From the NCBI GenBank assembly GCA_041661605.1, contig JBAZUE010000001.1, positions 786-64,785 of the forward strand: a DNA stretch of 64,000 nucleotides, given 5' to 3'. The notes under the pieces were generated by a model. The model did no database searches. It was given only the letters and a program-made list of their open reading frames with translations, and had not been told where the DNA came from. Position numbers and translations under genes: made by a program. Of the stretch, positions 62,155 through 64,000 are shown piece by piece. Origin of the DNA: Candidatus Omnitrophota bacterium (GTDB lineage Bacteria > Omnitrophota > Gorgyraeia > Gygaellales > Profunditerraquicolaceae). Position 1 is the first letter of the stretch. Every line of letters begins with the position of its first letter.

Positions 62155-62508
62155 ATGAAAAAGGGTTTTACGTTAATTGAATTGATCATGATTATTGTGA
62201 TCTTGGGGATTTTGGCGGCAGTTGCTGTTCCTAAGTATTTCGATCTTCAGGCTTCAGCCAAGGAAGCCGCGGAAAAAGGCGTTGTCGGCGGAGTGCGCGC
62301 GGGAATCTATACATATTTCGCGCAGAACAAAGCGTTTCCAGGAACCCTGGATTCAGCCACTACAACCTGCGATGCTACCACCCCTTGTTTTATCACGGTT
62401 TTGCAGCAAGGCGGAGTCACCTCTGATTGGACTAAAAGCGGTTTCACTTATACCGGTCCTGCAGCTGGTACTTATACTTATACTCCGGGAACCGGAGAAT
62501 TTAAATAA
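62155..62508 (+). CDS. Type IV pilin-like protein, probable major subunit (117 aa)
   Basis: It has a short leader, MKKG/FTLIELIMIIVILGILAAVAVP. A strong RBS (TAGGAGGA) lies upstream and a hairpin lies downstream. Confidence 0.8.
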   Translation: MKKGFTLIELIMIIVILGILAAVAVPKYFDLQASAKEAAEKGVVGGVRAGIYTYFAQNKAFPGTLDSATTTCDATTPCFITVLQQGGVTSDWTKSGFTYTGPAAGTYTYTPGTGEFK

Positions 62509-62524
62509 GCGGTTAAACAATTTT

Positions 62525-62568
62525 AGCGCAAGGCGTCTTGAACAGTATCTTTTAAGGCGTCTTGCGCT
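62525..62568 (+). terminator. Hairpin downstream of the pilin gene
   Basis: AGCGCAAG (62525-62532) pairs with CTTGCGCT (62561-62568). The loop and stem contain two copies of AAGGCGTCTTG (62530-62540 and 62554-62564). TTTATAATAAAATT follows. Confidence 0.4.
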
Positions 62569-62588
62569 TTATAATAAAATTGTCTAAA

Positions 62589-63386
62589 ATGATCAAACAA
62601 AGAAAAGGGCTGGCTCTTATTGCCGCGGTAATGTTGATTGTTTTTGTGTCTATTGCGGTTTTAGGGCTTTCTATTTTTATAGTCGGCTGGTATGGGCAGA
62701 TCAATAACGTAGAAAGACAGGAGCGCTGCATTTACAATGCTGCTGCCGGAGTTAATTACGCTTTATACCAATACCGCAATAGCGCAACCCTTACCAATGC
62801 TACTGTCAATATTGACGCGAATAATAATTTTACCGTTTCTACGGTTGCAAACGGAGGCAGCGGCGGTGCCGCGGGGGCGCTGGTGGTCGATGCTACAAAT
62901 GCCCATCTAGGGAGCAATAACAGGCGCCTGCTGGGAGTAACGATAAGGAATTCTTCGGGTAGCTCTGTTACTATCGACCGGATGATTGTTACCTGGAGTA
63001 TCAGCAATAGAACGATGTCTCAAATCAGGATCAATGGTTATACTGTCTGGTCGGGCTCAGCAAATTCCAGTCCTGCCGATGTAAATATCAGTAATACTAC
63101 AATACCTGCCAACACCACGCGCGCTATTGATCTTATACAATTTAACAGCACCATGATTAACGCGGTTATTACTTTAAGCTTTCATATGACTGACGAGACT
63201 ACCACTACTGCCTGTACAGCCTGGCCGGAACAGGGCTCTGTTTGTACGCAGGCTGCTGCCGGTCTTACTATAACAAGCATGGGCAAGACTGCCGGCTCAA
63301 ATCAATACCGTTCGATTCAGGCAACTTATAATACGGCTAACGGAAACATTTCGGATTATGATGAAGTTAATCAAGTTGTCCCGTAG
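62589..63386 (+). CDS. PilX-like pilus-associated protein (N-terminal hydrophobic helix, Asn/Thr/Ser-rich body)
   Basis: The ATG at 62589 gives MIKQRKGLALIAAVMLIVFVSIAVLGL (PilX_N-like). The track start at 62562 is a TTG inside the hairpin. Confidence 0.55.
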   Translation: MIKQRKGLALIAAVMLIVFVSIAVLGLSIFIVGWYGQINNVERQERCIYNAAAGVNYALYQYRNSATLTNATVNIDANNNFTVSTVANGGSGGAAGALVVDATNAHLGSNNRRLLGVTIRNSSGSSVTIDRMIVTWSISNRTMSQIRINGYTVWSGSANSSPADVNISNTTIPANTTRAIDLIQFNSTMINAVITLSFHMTDETTTTACTAWPEQGSVCTQAAAGLTITSMGKTAGSNQYRSIQATYNTANGNISDYDEVNQVVP

Positions 63387-63774
63387 AAAAACCGGTAAGA
63401 GAGGCTTTACTTTAATTGAACTGATTATGGCGATAGTCGTAGTCGGTATTATTGCCCTGCCCATCTCTATTACTTTGGGTAAACATGTGCAAAGCGTGTT
63501 TGTCTCCCAGGATTACACTACGGCCTTAAATTTAGCCCGCTTTGATATGGAGCAGGCGCTCAATACTGCTTATGCCAGTCTAAGCAACGCCTCTTTCAAC
63601 AATTACCAGGGGTATGATTATAATTTGAGCCGCACTGTAACCTATGCTCAAGGCAGCTCCGGATCGGCGGAGAGTTTAAAATTAGTCACTATCAGCGTAA
63701 CCAAAGCAGGCAAGGCGGATGTCCTGGTCACTTTAAAAACATATATTGCCAAAAATGTAACTTCAGGCCTATGA
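63358..63774 (+). CDS. Prepilin-type minor pilin
   Basis: It has a longer leader followed by KRG/FTLIELIMAIVVVGIIALP. The protein is 138 aa. Confidence 0.7.
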   Translation: MMKLIKLSRRKTGKRGFTLIELIMAIVVVGIIALPISITLGKHVQSVFVSQDYTTALNLARFDMEQALNTAYASLSNASFNNYQGYDYNLSRTVTYAQGSSGSAESLKLVTISVTKAGKADVLVTLKTYIAKNVTSGL

Positions 63775-64000
63775 GGTTTCGAAAAGGTTTTACTTTTATT
63801 GAGTTAATTATGGTAATTGCCATAATCGGCGTATTGGCGGGTTCAGGCGCCTGGATTATGGCTTATACTGTAAAGAATTCCGTATTTATCCCCAACCAGT
63901 TAGGCATGGATAAGCTGGCAACGGATGCTTTAAATATTATGGCCGAAGGCGATATCCAGGCCAAGGGTTTACGTTTTAGCAGGGCCATTACCGCTATCAA
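63771..64000 (+). CDS. Prepilin-type minor pilin, 3' end outside the window
   Basis: The ATG at 63771 overlaps the upstream stop (ATGA). It encodes MRFRKG/FTFIELIMVIAIIGVLAG... and the frame stays open to nt 64000. It is absent from the ORF track because no stop lies in the window. Confidence 0.7.
   Translation, partial: MRFRKGFTFIELIMVIAIIGVLAGSGAWIMAYTVKNSVFIPNQLGMDKLATDALNIMAEGDIQAKGLRFSRAITAI

Noticed and set aside
62222-62587. Alternative-frame + strand ORFs overlapping real genes (62222-62587, 43383-43727, 17154-17351, 35467-35712, 40134-40367, 52617-52877, 32868-33053)
   Set aside because: They overlap motif-supported genes in another frame, are Arg/Leu/Ser/Pro-rich, and show no recognisable domain.
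1-64000. rRNA, tRNA, retron/DGR reverse transcriptase, toxin-antitoxin pairs, prophage or integrase genes
   Set aside because: Intergenic regions are few and short. The largest are 13644-13906, 42110-42236, 43697-43832, 47746-47895, 52901-53027 and 55841-55955. None shows tRNA-like T-arm/acceptor features, and no ORF carries RT, integrase or phage structural motifs.

Overview
All ~57 credible genes in this 64-kb window are on the + strand. I found no rRNA, tRNA or CRISPR array. In order:

(i) nt 3-13643 is the 3' 13.6 kb of a giant ORF that runs off the left edge (at least 4,546 codons visible). It encodes at least 23 divergent ~125-aa modules arranged in ~500-aa four-module super-repeats, then nine ~105-aa Ig-like modules, then a helical stalk and one C-terminal TM anchor.

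(ii) Next come a strong hairpin terminator, a structured 72-bp tandem repeat, a secreted HExxH peptidase, and a receiver-GGDEF protein with Glu at the phospho-acceptor position.

(iii) The most unusual block is nt 15619-28154. It holds F-type ATPase genes c, a b-delta fusion, alpha, gamma and beta, then a GspE secretion ATPase, then a C-terminally truncated epsilon, then GspF, GspG, three minor pseudopilins, a PilM-PilN fusion and PilO/GspM. Gaps are 0-31 nt or overlaps. No subunit a, secretin, GspC or prepilin peptidase is visible.

(iv) pabB, a PAS histidine kinase and a CheY-like regulator follow.

(v) An ~11-kb tightly packed oxyanion/metalloid-type block contains three ModA/WtpA-like binding proteins, an ABC permease and ATPase, an ArsD-like protein, a NapH-like polyferredoxin, a PQQ-type beta-propeller, an aquaglyceroporin, a CobW-like GTPase, a small thioredoxin-fold protein and an ArsP/YraQ-type permease.

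(vi) Then a DEAD-box helicase and an IS200/RAYT-type HUH transposase. The transposase is flanked by short inverted repeats, and its sequence boxes recur in other intergenic regions.

(vii) Then an MFS transporter, an outer-membrane beta-barrel, and cbiM plus a PDGLE protein. These are separated from cbiQ/cbiO by gcvT-gcvH-gcvPA-gcvPB, a lipoate-ligase-family gene and lipA. A cupin follows.

(viii) Last are a large membrane sensor kinase and a second type IV pilus-like cluster that runs off the right edge.

The gene content (giant repeat ORF, two pilus/secretion clusters, an OMP ending in Phe) suggests an uncultivated diderm bacterium, possibly an Omnitrophota-like candidate lineage. That cannot be established from this window alone. 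All family calls rest on motif recognition by eye; no database search was possible.
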